A DNA stretch of 64,000 nt. It comes from an uncultured Prochlorococcus sp. (GTDB lineage Bacteria > Cyanobacteriota > Cyanobacteriia > PCC-6307 > Cyanobiaceae). Below are positions 42,162 to 51,184 of the stretch, piece by piece (the stretch's first letter is position 1; every line of letters begins with the position of its first letter). The notes below the pieces were generated by a model. That model was not told the DNA's origin. It made no database searches and saw only the letters and a program-made list of their open reading frames with translations. The translations under genes and the position numbers were made by a program. The DNA is taken from contig CABZFV010000003.1 in NCBI GenBank assembly GCA_902525075.1, positions 23,055 to 87,054 on the forward strand. Reading direction: 5' to 3'.

Positions 42162-43193
42162 ATGTTTAACGAAAGAAGTTTCCTTAATCCTTATATAATA
42201 GCAGAAATAGGAGTTAATCACGAAGGTTCACTTCCCCTAGCAAAAGAACTAATAGATCAAGCCTCAAATGGAGGGGCTTCTTGCGCAAAATTTCAAGCAT
42301 ATAAGGCTAATCTCATAGCTTCAAAGGATAGCCCTTACTACTGGGATATAGAAAAAGAATCTACTAAATCTCAATATGAATTATTTAAGAAATATGATAA
42401 ATTCGATTTAAAAGAATTTAAAATTTTATCTGATTATTGCAAAGAAAAAAATATAGATTTTATGGTAACTGCCTTTGATCTTGATTTCGCAAGCGAATTA
42501 AATCCTATTGTTTCTGTTCATAAAATAGCTTCTGCAGATATTACAAATCTCCCACTGCTAAGAAAAATTGGGTCTTTCAATAAACCAGTATTATTTTCCT
42601 GTGGAGCAAGTACCATTCAAGAAATAAAGACTGCGAAGGAAATACTGTTAAAAAATGGAGCGCAATCAGCAATTCCATTGCATTGTGTACTTAACTATCC
42701 CACACCAGTTAAAAATGCAAATTTAAGTTTTATTAATATTTTAAAAAATGAATTAAAAATTGAAGTTGGATATTCTGACCACACGGTTCCAACTGATGAT
42801 TGTTTCGCACAGATTATGCCTTGTATTTTAGGCTGTAAGATAATAGAAAAACATTTCACTCATAATAAAAAATTGAAAGGAAATGATCATTATCATGCTT
42901 TTGATGAACTAGATCTTATTAATTTTAGAAGAAAACTATTAGATTTAAAAATACTTTATGGTAAAGAATCACTAGATAATACAGAAAATCAAAAAATGGC
43001 AATTGAGAATGCAAGAAGATCATTGTTTTATAAGTCTGATTTTGAGGCAGAAAAAGTAATTGAAGAGTACGATATAATCTCCAAGAGACCAGGCATGGGG
43101 ATTTCCCCAATGCTTATCGATAAAATTATTGGTAAACGCATAAAAGTTGATGTAAAATCAGATACAAAAGTAAAATTTTCAGACTTTTACTAA
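42162..43193 (+). CDS. neuB: NeuB/SpsE-family nonulosonate synthase
   Basis: IAEIGVNH, KFQ, KIASAD, HC..NYP, GYSDH, IEKH, C-terminal SAF domain (KRPG.GI); ATG 42162 preferred. Confidence 0.9.
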   Translation: MFNERSFLNPYIIAEIGVNHEGSLPLAKELIDQASNGGASCAKFQAYKANLIASKDSPYYWDIEKESTKSQYELFKKYDKFDLKEFKILSDYCKEKNIDFMVTAFDLDFASELNPIVSVHKIASADITNLPLLRKIGSFNKPVLFSCGASTIQEIKTAKEILLKNGAQSAIPLHCVLNYPTPVKNANLSFINILKNELKIEVGYSDHTVPTDDCFAQIMPCILGCKIIEKHFTHNKKLKGNDHYHAFDELDLINFRRKLLDLKILYGKESLDNTENQKMAIENARRSLFYKSDFEAEKVIEEYDIISKRPGMGISPMLIDKIIGKRIKVDVKSDTKVKFSDFY

Positions 43194-44515
43194 TGAATGA
43201 ATCTGTACTAAGAGGATCATCAATACTCGCAGGAATTCAAGTTTCCAGAGGTAAAAATAGGCAGGATCATTATATCGAGAATAGTGTTTCAAATGCATGC
43301 TTAGATTATTATGATTCAAAAGAAAATAATGAACCACCTGAAAAGATTTTAGGAGAGAGGTTTTTAAAATATAGAAAGCTTTGGATAAATCAACCTGATG
43401 AATGGATTGTTAATTTTAATGATCCTGATTTAGTTAAAGATGAATATAAACCACTTTGTCTAGATCTTGAGTTAGCTGCCATTTGTGATCTTGCTTGCCC
43501 TTATTGCTTTAGACAAACTTATGTTACTCCAGATAAGGTAATGTCTAAGAAACTTGCCTTCGAATTAATAGACCAAGCTTCAGATATGGAAATCCCTTCA
43601 ATTAAATTTAATTGGAGAGGAGAACCCTTACTTAATCCTCACATCCATGAGATAATTGCCTATGCTAAGAAAAAAGGAATTATAGATACGATTATAAATA
43701 CAAATGCAACTCAGCTAACAAGAGAAATGTCAATCAAACTTATTGATGCAGGATTAGATCATATTATTTATTCTTTTGATGGGGGTTCAAAAAAAACTTA
43801 TGAAAAAAACAGAATAGGGAGATTTAAGCAAAATCATTTTGAAGACGTTTATAAAAATATTAGAAGGTTTAATGATATTAAAAATGAAAAAAATTCAGCA
43901 TTCCCTTGGTCTAAAATTCAGATGATTCTTACACCTGATACCTATAGTGAGCAAGAAGAGTTTATAGAACTTTTTAAAGATTGTGTAGATGAAGTTGTAG
44001 TTAACCAATATTCTGAAAGAGGTCAAGAAATTAAGCAGCTTTCAAAAATTGATATTGAAAAATTTGAAAAAAAAATAAAAAGGTATGGAATGCCTCATGA
44101 TACCCCTTTTATGAAACTAAGTTCGGGAGATATAATGATTTCTAAGAAAAGACTGCCGTGTAAGCAACCCTTTCAAAGAATGCTTGTAACTTATGATGGA
44201 AGGGTTTCTATGTGTTGTTATGATTGGGGCAGCATGTACACTATTGGATTTGTTAGTGAAATTGATTTTGATGATCTAAATTACGATAAATACAGAGTAA
44301 AGGATTTAATAGAAAAAGATGCAAAAGCATTTAAAGATATGAAAAGGGCAGAAATGCCACCGCAATTTTATACTGCACCAAAGCGAAAACAAAAGTTATC
44401 TGAAATATGGCAAGATTTCAGTTTATCTCATGTAAGAAATGAACATGCGAATGGGACTTGCGATATAAATATTTGTAAACAATGTACTTTCAAAGATACT
44501 TATGATTGGATTTGA
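43193..44515 (+). CDS. Radical SAM protein with SPASM/twitch domain
   Basis: CDLACPYC, RGEP, TNA, SFDG; C-terminal CKQPF..DG.V..CC.D..C..C..C. Confidence 0.9.
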   Translation: MNESVLRGSSILAGIQVSRGKNRQDHYIENSVSNACLDYYDSKENNEPPEKILGERFLKYRKLWINQPDEWIVNFNDPDLVKDEYKPLCLDLELAAICDLACPYCFRQTYVTPDKVMSKKLAFELIDQASDMEIPSIKFNWRGEPLLNPHIHEIIAYAKKKGIIDTIINTNATQLTREMSIKLIDAGLDHIIYSFDGGSKKTYEKNRIGRFKQNHFEDVYKNIRRFNDIKNEKNSAFPWSKIQMILTPDTYSEQEEFIELFKDCVDEVVVNQYSERGQEIKQLSKIDIEKFEKKIKRYGMPHDTPFMKLSSGDIMISKKRLPCKQPFQRMLVTYDGRVSMCCYDWGSMYTIGFVSEIDFDDLNYDKYRVKDLIEKDAKAFKDMKRAEMPPQFYTAPKRKQKLSEIWQDFSLSHVRNEHANGTCDINICKQCTFKDTYDWI

Positions 44516-44518
44516 AAT

Positions 44519-45541
44519 ATGTATTTAATTGGTGAAATAGCATCAGCACATGCAGGTGAAAAAGATTTATTTAAAAATCTAATTAAAACTGCGATAGAAA
44601 AAGATTTTAAAAAAATTAAAATTCAGATTTTTTCTTACTCCGAATTAGTAAGTATAGATTCAAATAATCAAAAATCATTAAGGGATATTGAATTTAATAC
44701 TGAAGATTGGATGGAATTATTTTTGTGGTTAAGAATAACTCTCAAAAAAGTAAGAAAAAAAATCACATTAATAGCTGAACCTTACGGCCCAGAAAGTCTA
44801 CAAATTGCAAAAGAATCAAAACTTTTTTCAGAGTACAAGGTCCCAACATCAGATCTATCTAATTTATCTTTAGTAAGCCTAATACTTAATGAAACAAATG
44901 ATTTATATCTAGGAACTGGTGGATCAAATTTAGATGAAATTCAAAGAACAATAAGACATATTAGAGAAGAAAAAGAAAAGGTAAATTTAAAGTTAATTCA
45001 TGGTTTTCAATCTTATCCTACTAGTGTTGAAGACTGCGATCTCTGGAAAATTAATTTTTTAAAAAAGCAATTTAATATTAATGTTGGCTATGCTGACCAT
45101 CTTGATGCTAATGACCCAGTATTAAGGATTCTTGGTTCAGCTTTGGCAATAGCAAGTGGTGCTGATTTTATTGAAAAACATTTAAATATTAACAGAGAAG
45201 AAAAAAAACCTGATTATTATTCTTCTTTAAATCCAGAAGAAATTACAAGTTTTCAATTAATGATAAAAAATACTCAGGAGTTAATTAAGAGAAGTGAAGA
45301 GAATGAACAAAAATATACTTTAAATCAAGGTGAAATAGACTATAGAAAAAATATGAAAAAGTTTGCGGTAGCTGCAAGAGATATAAGTGAGAATAAAATT
45401 ATTAATTTAGAAGATGTTATTTTTAAAAGGGTTAATAATGGAGAATATGGATTTCATGATTTATATAAAATAATTGGCAAAAGAGCTAATAAAGACATTA
45501 AAAAAGATTATTCTTTTAGAAAAAATAATCTATATGCATAA
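44519..45541 (+). CDS. Divergent second NeuB/SpsE-family synthase
   Basis: GEIASAH, KIQ, QSYPT, GYADH, IEKH, SAF domain. Confidence 0.85.
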   Translation: MYLIGEIASAHAGEKDLFKNLIKTAIEKDFKKIKIQIFSYSELVSIDSNNQKSLRDIEFNTEDWMELFLWLRITLKKVRKKITLIAEPYGPESLQIAKESKLFSEYKVPTSDLSNLSLVSLILNETNDLYLGTGGSNLDEIQRTIRHIREEKEKVNLKLIHGFQSYPTSVEDCDLWKINFLKKQFNINVGYADHLDANDPVLRILGSALAIASGADFIEKHLNINREEKKPDYYSSLNPEEITSFQLMIKNTQELIKRSEENEQKYTLNQGEIDYRKNMKKFAVAARDISENKIINLEDVIFKRVNNGEYGFHDLYKIIGKRANKDIKKDYSFRKNNLYA

Positions 45542-46295
45542 CTTTCCCGATGATACATTTATAGCGATAGCTTGCAGAATCGATAGTAAAAGATTGCCTG
45601 GTAAAGCTATAAAACATTTAGTAGGAAAAATAAGTCCAATAGAAATTCTAATTTGTCGTCTCAAAAAAATGATTCCTTCTAGTCAAATAATACTTACAAC
45701 CACTAAAGAAAAAAATTGTGATATTTTGATGGAAGTTGCTGAAAAAAATAATATAAATTGTTTTAGAGGTTGCAAATTAGATGTAATGGACAGATTTATA
45801 AATGCTGGTAATAAATATGGTAATTTTTCAGATATCGTTAGAGTAACTGGTGATAATCCTTTAACTGATCCAAATATAATTGTTGAAATGATTGACTACC
45901 ATAAAAAAAATTTTTCAGATTACACTTTTACTCAATCTATTCCTATCGGTACTAGGCCAGAAATTATTAATTTTGATTTCTTAAATAATTTGCATAAAAA
46001 AATTAAAAATTCAAGTAATACTGAATACATGTCATTTTATTTAAGACAAGAAATCGGGCAAAAAATTTCTGAATATAAAAAAGATTTCATTAGGATTTTT
46101 GATAATGAAACATTAACTCTTGATACTATAGAAGATTTTAATTACTTAAAAAAAGTCTTTGATAACTGTGGGGCAAATATTTATACTGAACTTAATGATA
46201 TAATTAAAGTAATAAATATTAAAAAGCTTAAAAAAGAAAAAACCAAAATAACCCCATCTAAAATTAACTTTGATGATTTTAAAATTTTAAAGTAA
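45534..46295 (+). CDS. SpsF/NeuA-like cytidylyltransferase
   Basis: R.DSKRLPGK, FRG...DV..RF, VRVTGDNP, TLDT.ED; ATG 45534 preferred. Confidence 0.87.
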   Translation: MHNFPDDTFIAIACRIDSKRLPGKAIKHLVGKISPIEILICRLKKMIPSSQIILTTTKEKNCDILMEVAEKNNINCFRGCKLDVMDRFINAGNKYGNFSDIVRVTGDNPLTDPNIIVEMIDYHKKNFSDYTFTQSIPIGTRPEIINFDFLNNLHKKIKNSSNTEYMSFYLRQEIGQKISEYKKDFIRIFDNETLTLDTIEDFNYLKKVFDNCGANIYTELNDIIKVINIKKLKKEKTKITPSKINFDDFKILK

Positions 46296-46909
46296 TGAAA
46301 TTTATTGAAGTTAGTATAATTATTCCAGTTTATAATTCAGAATTATACATAGAGAGGTCTATTAGATCAGCAATAAAAAATAGAAATCTTGTTCCATCTT
46401 TGGAAATAGTAGTTGTAAATGATGGATCAACTGATTTGACACCAGATATATTAAAAAAATTTGAAGAGAATAATGAGATAGTTCTTATTAACCATAAAAA
46501 AAATTTGGGACTGCCAAGTGCATTAAATACAGGAATAATAAAATCTACTGGTCAGTTTATTGTTAGATTAGATTCTGACGATTTTGTTTTAGAAAACTAT
46601 TGTTATTTGCTTTCATGTTTTTTAAAAAATAACAATAATCTTGATGCAGTAAGATGTGATTATTTTCTTGTTGATAAACTTCAAAATATAGTGAAAAGAG
46701 TTAATGCAGAAGAAATACCTATAGGATGTGGAATTATGTTTAGAAGAGAACAATTAATAGATATTGGTTTGTATAATCCACAGAAATTATTAAATGAAGA
46801 TAAGGAGCTTGAAGAAAGATTCCTTAAAAAATATCAAATAAAACGTTTGCCTATTTCTTTATATAAATATTTCATACATGGCAAGAATATGACTCTATTA
46901 AATAAATAG
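46295..46909 (+). CDS. Glycosyltransferase family 2
   Basis: SIIIPVYN, VNDGSTD, LDSDD, ED. Confidence 0.88.
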   Translation: MKFIEVSIIIPVYNSELYIERSIRSAIKNRNLVPSLEIVVVNDGSTDLTPDILKKFEENNEIVLINHKKNLGLPSALNTGIIKSTGQFIVRLDSDDFVLENYCYLLSCFLKNNNNLDAVRCDYFLVDKLQNIVKRVNAEEIPIGCGIMFRREQLIDIGLYNPQKLLNEDKELEERFLKKYQIKRLPISLYKYFIHGKNMTLLNK

Positions 46910-46916
46910 TAGATAT

Positions 46917-48620
46917 ATGTTTAAAGAAATTGCAGAGATAATTAAGTTAATTAATAATCTTGAAAATAAATTAAAACTAAAACTATTTTTGAATTTTATT
47001 GCTTCTTTTTTTGTCGTAATACTTGAAATTTATCCTTTAAGGTTATTTTTAATTTATTTCGAAAATAAAGAAAATGAATCAGTAGATTTAATAAATCTAC
47101 CAATAGTAAAATCTTTTGAAAACTCATTATTAGAATATGGTTTAAATTCTTTTGTGATTATATTTTTTCTAATTTCATTTTTTTCTTTTTTTGCTAAATT
47201 AATTTTCGAAAGATATTCTCTAAGATTTTATGGTTATATATCTAATTTATATATATTAAATCTTTATGATACTTTTATTAAGATGGAATTAAAAATCTTT
47301 GAAAAACAAGACTTTAACTTATTTTTAAACTTAATTAATGTATCTTCTAGTAAATTAACATATCAATTTACTGCTATTCAGAGAATTTTATTCAATATAG
47401 TATCTTTAATATTATTTTTGTTATTTGGATTTTTAAAGTTTGGCCTTAGTAATATTATAATTTTTGCTTACTTCACAATTACATTTATTATTTCACAATC
47501 GTTTGTTTCAAGAAAATTACTCTCGCTTAATAAGTCTATCTTGAGGTTAGAAAGTGAAATGCTCAAATCAACCAGAAATTCCCTGAAAAATAAGGAATCT
47601 ATAAACCTTAAATCAATAGAGAGTTTATTTTTTAATAATACTTATCTAATATCATTAAAACTTAGATTATTTCAGTCTATTTCGCAATTTTATATATCAT
47701 TACAAAAGAATATAACAAATTTATTATTTTATCTTTCTCTAGGATTCACTCTAATTTTGATTAAGAATAGTCAAATTGCTACTATAAGCATACCTTTAAT
47801 GTCTTTTTTTATTATATATATACAAAAACTTTTGGCTACATTTAATAATATATTCAATGGATATAATTCGTTTATAACTTTTTATCATCATATCAAGGCA
47901 TATAATAATAATGTAAGTCTAATTTCTGATTATAGTCCTAAAGAAATAAATATCCAAAAGGAAGTTTTTAATAGTCTTGAGATTAGGGATATTGAATATA
48001 GCTATTCTGATAGAAATAAAGTTATTAATGATCTATCTCTAAGTTTGAAATTTAATCAGAATTTATTAATTCAAGGTAATTCTGGTTCAGGTAAAACAAC
48101 CCTTATGAAAATTATTATTGGTCTTTATAGACCTCAAAAAGGTTTTATAAGAATAAATAATAAGTTTGAAAATATTCCACTTTTCTCTAAGATTGATTGT
48201 GAATTAGTATCTCAAACCCCCTTAATTTATAATTCCACAATTTTACAATTTTTACTGAATAATTATCAACTGGATCATAAACTTTCCATTAATAAATTCC
48301 CATTATTAGAAAATATACTGGATAAATTAAATCTCTTAAATCCAATTTATAAATTAAAAAATGGATTTAATACCTCTCTTTCAATTGATCAAGATTTTCT
48401 CAGCGGAGGACAAATACAAAGACTTGATATAGCAAGAGCAATGTTCTCCAATGCTTCTTTAATATTTTTAGATGAACCAACTAGTGCACAGGACAAATAT
48501 CATATAGATTTAATAAGCAACTTGTTATTTGATTCGAAATTGAGTAAAAATAAAACTATCATAGCTATCTCTCATTCAAAAAAATTCTGTTCAAACTTTG
48601 ATAATATAATTAATTTATGA
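46917..48620 (+). CDS. ABC exporter, fused TMD-NBD (MsbA/PglK-like)
   Basis: Hydrophobic N-half; GNSGSGKT, LSGGQ, LDEPT, ISH. Confidence 0.87.
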   Translation: MFKEIAEIIKLINNLENKLKLKLFLNFIASFFVVILEIYPLRLFLIYFENKENESVDLINLPIVKSFENSLLEYGLNSFVIIFFLISFFSFFAKLIFERYSLRFYGYISNLYILNLYDTFIKMELKIFEKQDFNLFLNLINVSSSKLTYQFTAIQRILFNIVSLILFLLFGFLKFGLSNIIIFAYFTITFIISQSFVSRKLLSLNKSILRLESEMLKSTRNSLKNKESINLKSIESLFFNNTYLISLKLRLFQSISQFYISLQKNITNLLFYLSLGFTLILIKNSQIATISIPLMSFFIIYIQKLLATFNNIFNGYNSFITFYHHIKAYNNNVSLISDYSPKEINIQKEVFNSLEIRDIEYSYSDRNKVINDLSLSLKFNQNLLIQGNSGSGKTTLMKIIIGLYRPQKGFIRINNKFENIPLFSKIDCELVSQTPLIYNSTILQFLLNNYQLDHKLSINKFPLLENILDKLNLLNPIYKLKNGFNTSLSIDQDFLSGGQIQRLDIARAMFSNASLIFLDEPTSAQDKYHIDLISNLLFDSKLSKNKTIIAISHSKKFCSNFDNIINL

Positions 48621-49378
48621 GAAATATAAGTATTGGTTTAATTAGTGCTATGCCTCAAGAGGTAGGGGTTATAAGAGATCATTTGTCTAATATTAAATTT
48701 GAAGATTTTGGAGATTTAACTATTTATAAAGGTAATTATAATAATCTTAATAATATTAATTTAGAAATTACCTTCGCATGGAGTGGTTGGGGTAAAGTTA
48801 GTGCTTCAAGAACTACTACAAGGATAATTTCTAGTGATCTAAATAGTAAGAATTTAGATTTTTTAATTTTTACAGGGGTCGCTGGAGGAGCAAAAGATTT
48901 TTTAAGTCAGTGGGATATAGTAGTTGGAAATTTTCTTATTCAACATGATATGGATGCATCACCTTTATATGAAAGGTATCAAATTCCTTCCACTGGAGAA
49001 ATATATATGCAGCCAGATTTAGAACTCTTTGATTGGACTTTATCCTCAATGAAAAAATATATTAAATCTAAGAAGAATAATAAATTTAAAAATGTATTTC
49101 CAGGGGTAATTGCTAGTGGTGATCAATTTATTAATAATGAGGATACACTTGATAATTTGAAAAATAATATAAACGATCTCTATGCTGTTGAAATGGAAGG
49201 TGCAGCATTCGCACAAGTCGCAACTCAAGAAAAGATTAAATGGATTGTATTAAGAACAATATCTGATAATGCAAAAAGTGAAGCTAATCAGACCTTCGAA
49301 GAATTTATTGAGGAATATAAGGAATATTCATGGGATCTTGTTTATTCGCTTTTAAAAAATTTAGATAGTCTTTATTAA
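48617..49378 (+). CDS. mtnN: 5'-methylthioadenosine/S-adenosylhomocysteine nucleosidase
   Basis: AM..E, SG.GKV, TGVAGG, QHD, SGDQF, VEMEGAA, RTISD. Confidence 0.93.
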   Translation: MRNISIGLISAMPQEVGVIRDHLSNIKFEDFGDLTIYKGNYNNLNNINLEITFAWSGWGKVSASRTTTRIISSDLNSKNLDFLIFTGVAGGAKDFLSQWDIVVGNFLIQHDMDASPLYERYQIPSTGEIYMQPDLELFDWTLSSMKKYIKSKKNNKFKNVFPGVIASGDQFINNEDTLDNLKNNINDLYAVEMEGAAFAQVATQEKIKWIVLRTISDNAKSEANQTFEEFIEEYKEYSWDLVYSLLKNLDSLY

Positions 49379-49393
49379 TTAGAAATATTAAAA

Positions 49394-51139
49394 ATGAATA
49401 TTGAATTTGATAGTATTAAAAAGTTAAATAAAAAAAAAGATTTAATCTTATTTATAACAACAAAAAAAAATCCTTTAGATTCAATAATAAATAAAATTAA
49501 AAAAAATTCCAAAAAAAAAGAATTTAAAAATACTTCTAATCTCGTTTTAACCTTATATCCAAATACTTCAGATATTGAAAGTAAATATCAAAATTTGGAT
49601 ATAACAATTTTACATATTCCTACTTTTCAAATTACTAATAAAAATGCATATACAAGACACATATGCATGCTTGAGAAGTATAAAAGAATCTTAGAAAATA
49701 ATTATAATTTAAAATATATTGAGCCAATAAAGATTGAGAATATTAAAGGTTTGTGGGTCCCTTTATCTTTTTTATTTAATGTAAGAAATTTCTTGATTAA
49801 AAATCTAAGTTCATTTCATATTAGGGAATGTATTATCATAACCCATAATATAAGATCTGGTTTGTATGTGAAAAAAGGCATTGAAAGAATAATTAGAAGA
49901 AATTTTATGGTTATAAAGATAAATAAAAATTTTGTTTTAAACTATTCTTTTTTTTTAAAGGATCATTTTTATCAATTAATTCAATCTTTATTAAAAATTT
50001 GTTTTTTAATAAAGAACTCTATCGATTTAAAAGAATTTTATTATGGGTTTAATGATAAAAGAAAATTTTTACCAATCCAAATTGAATCTAATCTTAATCA
50101 AAGATTATTTTCAAGATTAGATACACTTAATTGTTCAAATTATAAAAATTATAAACCTTTTATATTCAGTTTTTCAACAGTAAGTAGATCTATAAATTAT
50201 AAAAATAATAAAATTAAAGTTTGTAATGTATTTAAATTTAATTTCATTTTGTTTTTAAAGTGCATTGTCAATTTAATATCAAAATTTTTAATTGATTTAT
50301 GTTCAGGAAGATTAATTGTTACATCGATTTATTATAATTTTTTGTTTTTGTATATAAATAAAAAAAGTATTAAAAGTCAATATTTTAATTTCTTTCATAA
50401 TCAACAATCCTTACCTTTGTACTTAAGTGTTTGGGGAGATGGTTTTTTAGCAGAGGGCGATATAATTTTAAGAAAAAATTTGTTCAAAAGTCCTAATTTT
50501 AAATTAATTAGCCTTACTTCTAAAACATTTATATGGATTGAATATGTAAGTAAAATATTTAAAAATTCACTTTACTGTATAACGTCAAGTCCAGTATCAC
50601 AAGATATACTTAATAAAAATTGTCTGAGTGATATTAAAATTCAAGAAGTTTATTCTAATGATTCATTATATGAATTAAAAGTTTCAGAGAATTTAATAAA
50701 GTCTCCAAAAGTTGTATTGATTGATTTCCCTAATTATCAATTACATCCTTCTTGGGTTAGCTTTAAAGAGCTTATAAATTTCAAATTATTTATTGATGAA
50801 TTAGAAAAAATTGATAATATTCAAATAATTGTGAAACCACATCCATCTTTTAAAAATATAAAAAACTTCGAGAAATCTTTTAAATATCTTAAATATAAGA
50901 AATCAGTAATGATTAAAGAACCAAATCAAAATATAGATAAATTGATTTCTAATTATTTTAATTACAGAATTTTCTTCATTACAAGGAATAGTACTTTATC
51001 AACACAATTTTCCGCCCAAGGTATTAAGACATTTATTCTTTCTAATGATTATTTAAATATTCAAACGGAGGCATTTAACAAAAAAATAAATATAACTAAT
51101 AATATAGAGCATATAATAAAAATGATTTCTTGTGAGTAA
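49394..51139 (+). CDS. Hypothetical protein, possibly GT-B/capsule polysaccharide transferase
   Basis: 581 aa, extremely AT-rich; VKPHP and S(T)L motifs as in CMP/CDP-sugar GT-B enzymes. Confidence 0.5.
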   Translation: MNIEFDSIKKLNKKKDLILFITTKKNPLDSIINKIKKNSKKKEFKNTSNLVLTLYPNTSDIESKYQNLDITILHIPTFQITNKNAYTRHICMLEKYKRILENNYNLKYIEPIKIENIKGLWVPLSFLFNVRNFLIKNLSSFHIRECIIITHNIRSGLYVKKGIERIIRRNFMVIKINKNFVLNYSFFLKDHFYQLIQSLLKICFLIKNSIDLKEFYYGFNDKRKFLPIQIESNLNQRLFSRLDTLNCSNYKNYKPFIFSFSTVSRSINYKNNKIKVCNVFKFNFILFLKCIVNLISKFLIDLCSGRLIVTSIYYNFLFLYINKKSIKSQYFNFFHNQQSLPLYLSVWGDGFLAEGDIILRKNLFKSPNFKLISLTSKTFIWIEYVSKIFKNSLYCITSSPVSQDILNKNCLSDIKIQEVYSNDSLYELKVSENLIKSPKVVLIDFPNYQLHPSWVSFKELINFKLFIDELEKIDNIQIIVKPHPSFKNIKNFEKSFKYLKYKKSVMIKEPNQNIDKLISNYFNYRIFFITRNSTLSTQFSAQGIKTFILSNDYLNIQTEAFNKKINITNNIEHIIKMISCE

Positions 51140-51184
51140 AGTATAATTTTAGTTCAAGTCTTATCAGTTATATTTAAAAAAAAA

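Noticed and set aside
49394-49530. Poly-A tracts at the start of the 581-aa gene as a phase-variation switch
   Set aside because: A8-A9 runs are common in sequence this AT-rich and the frame is intact
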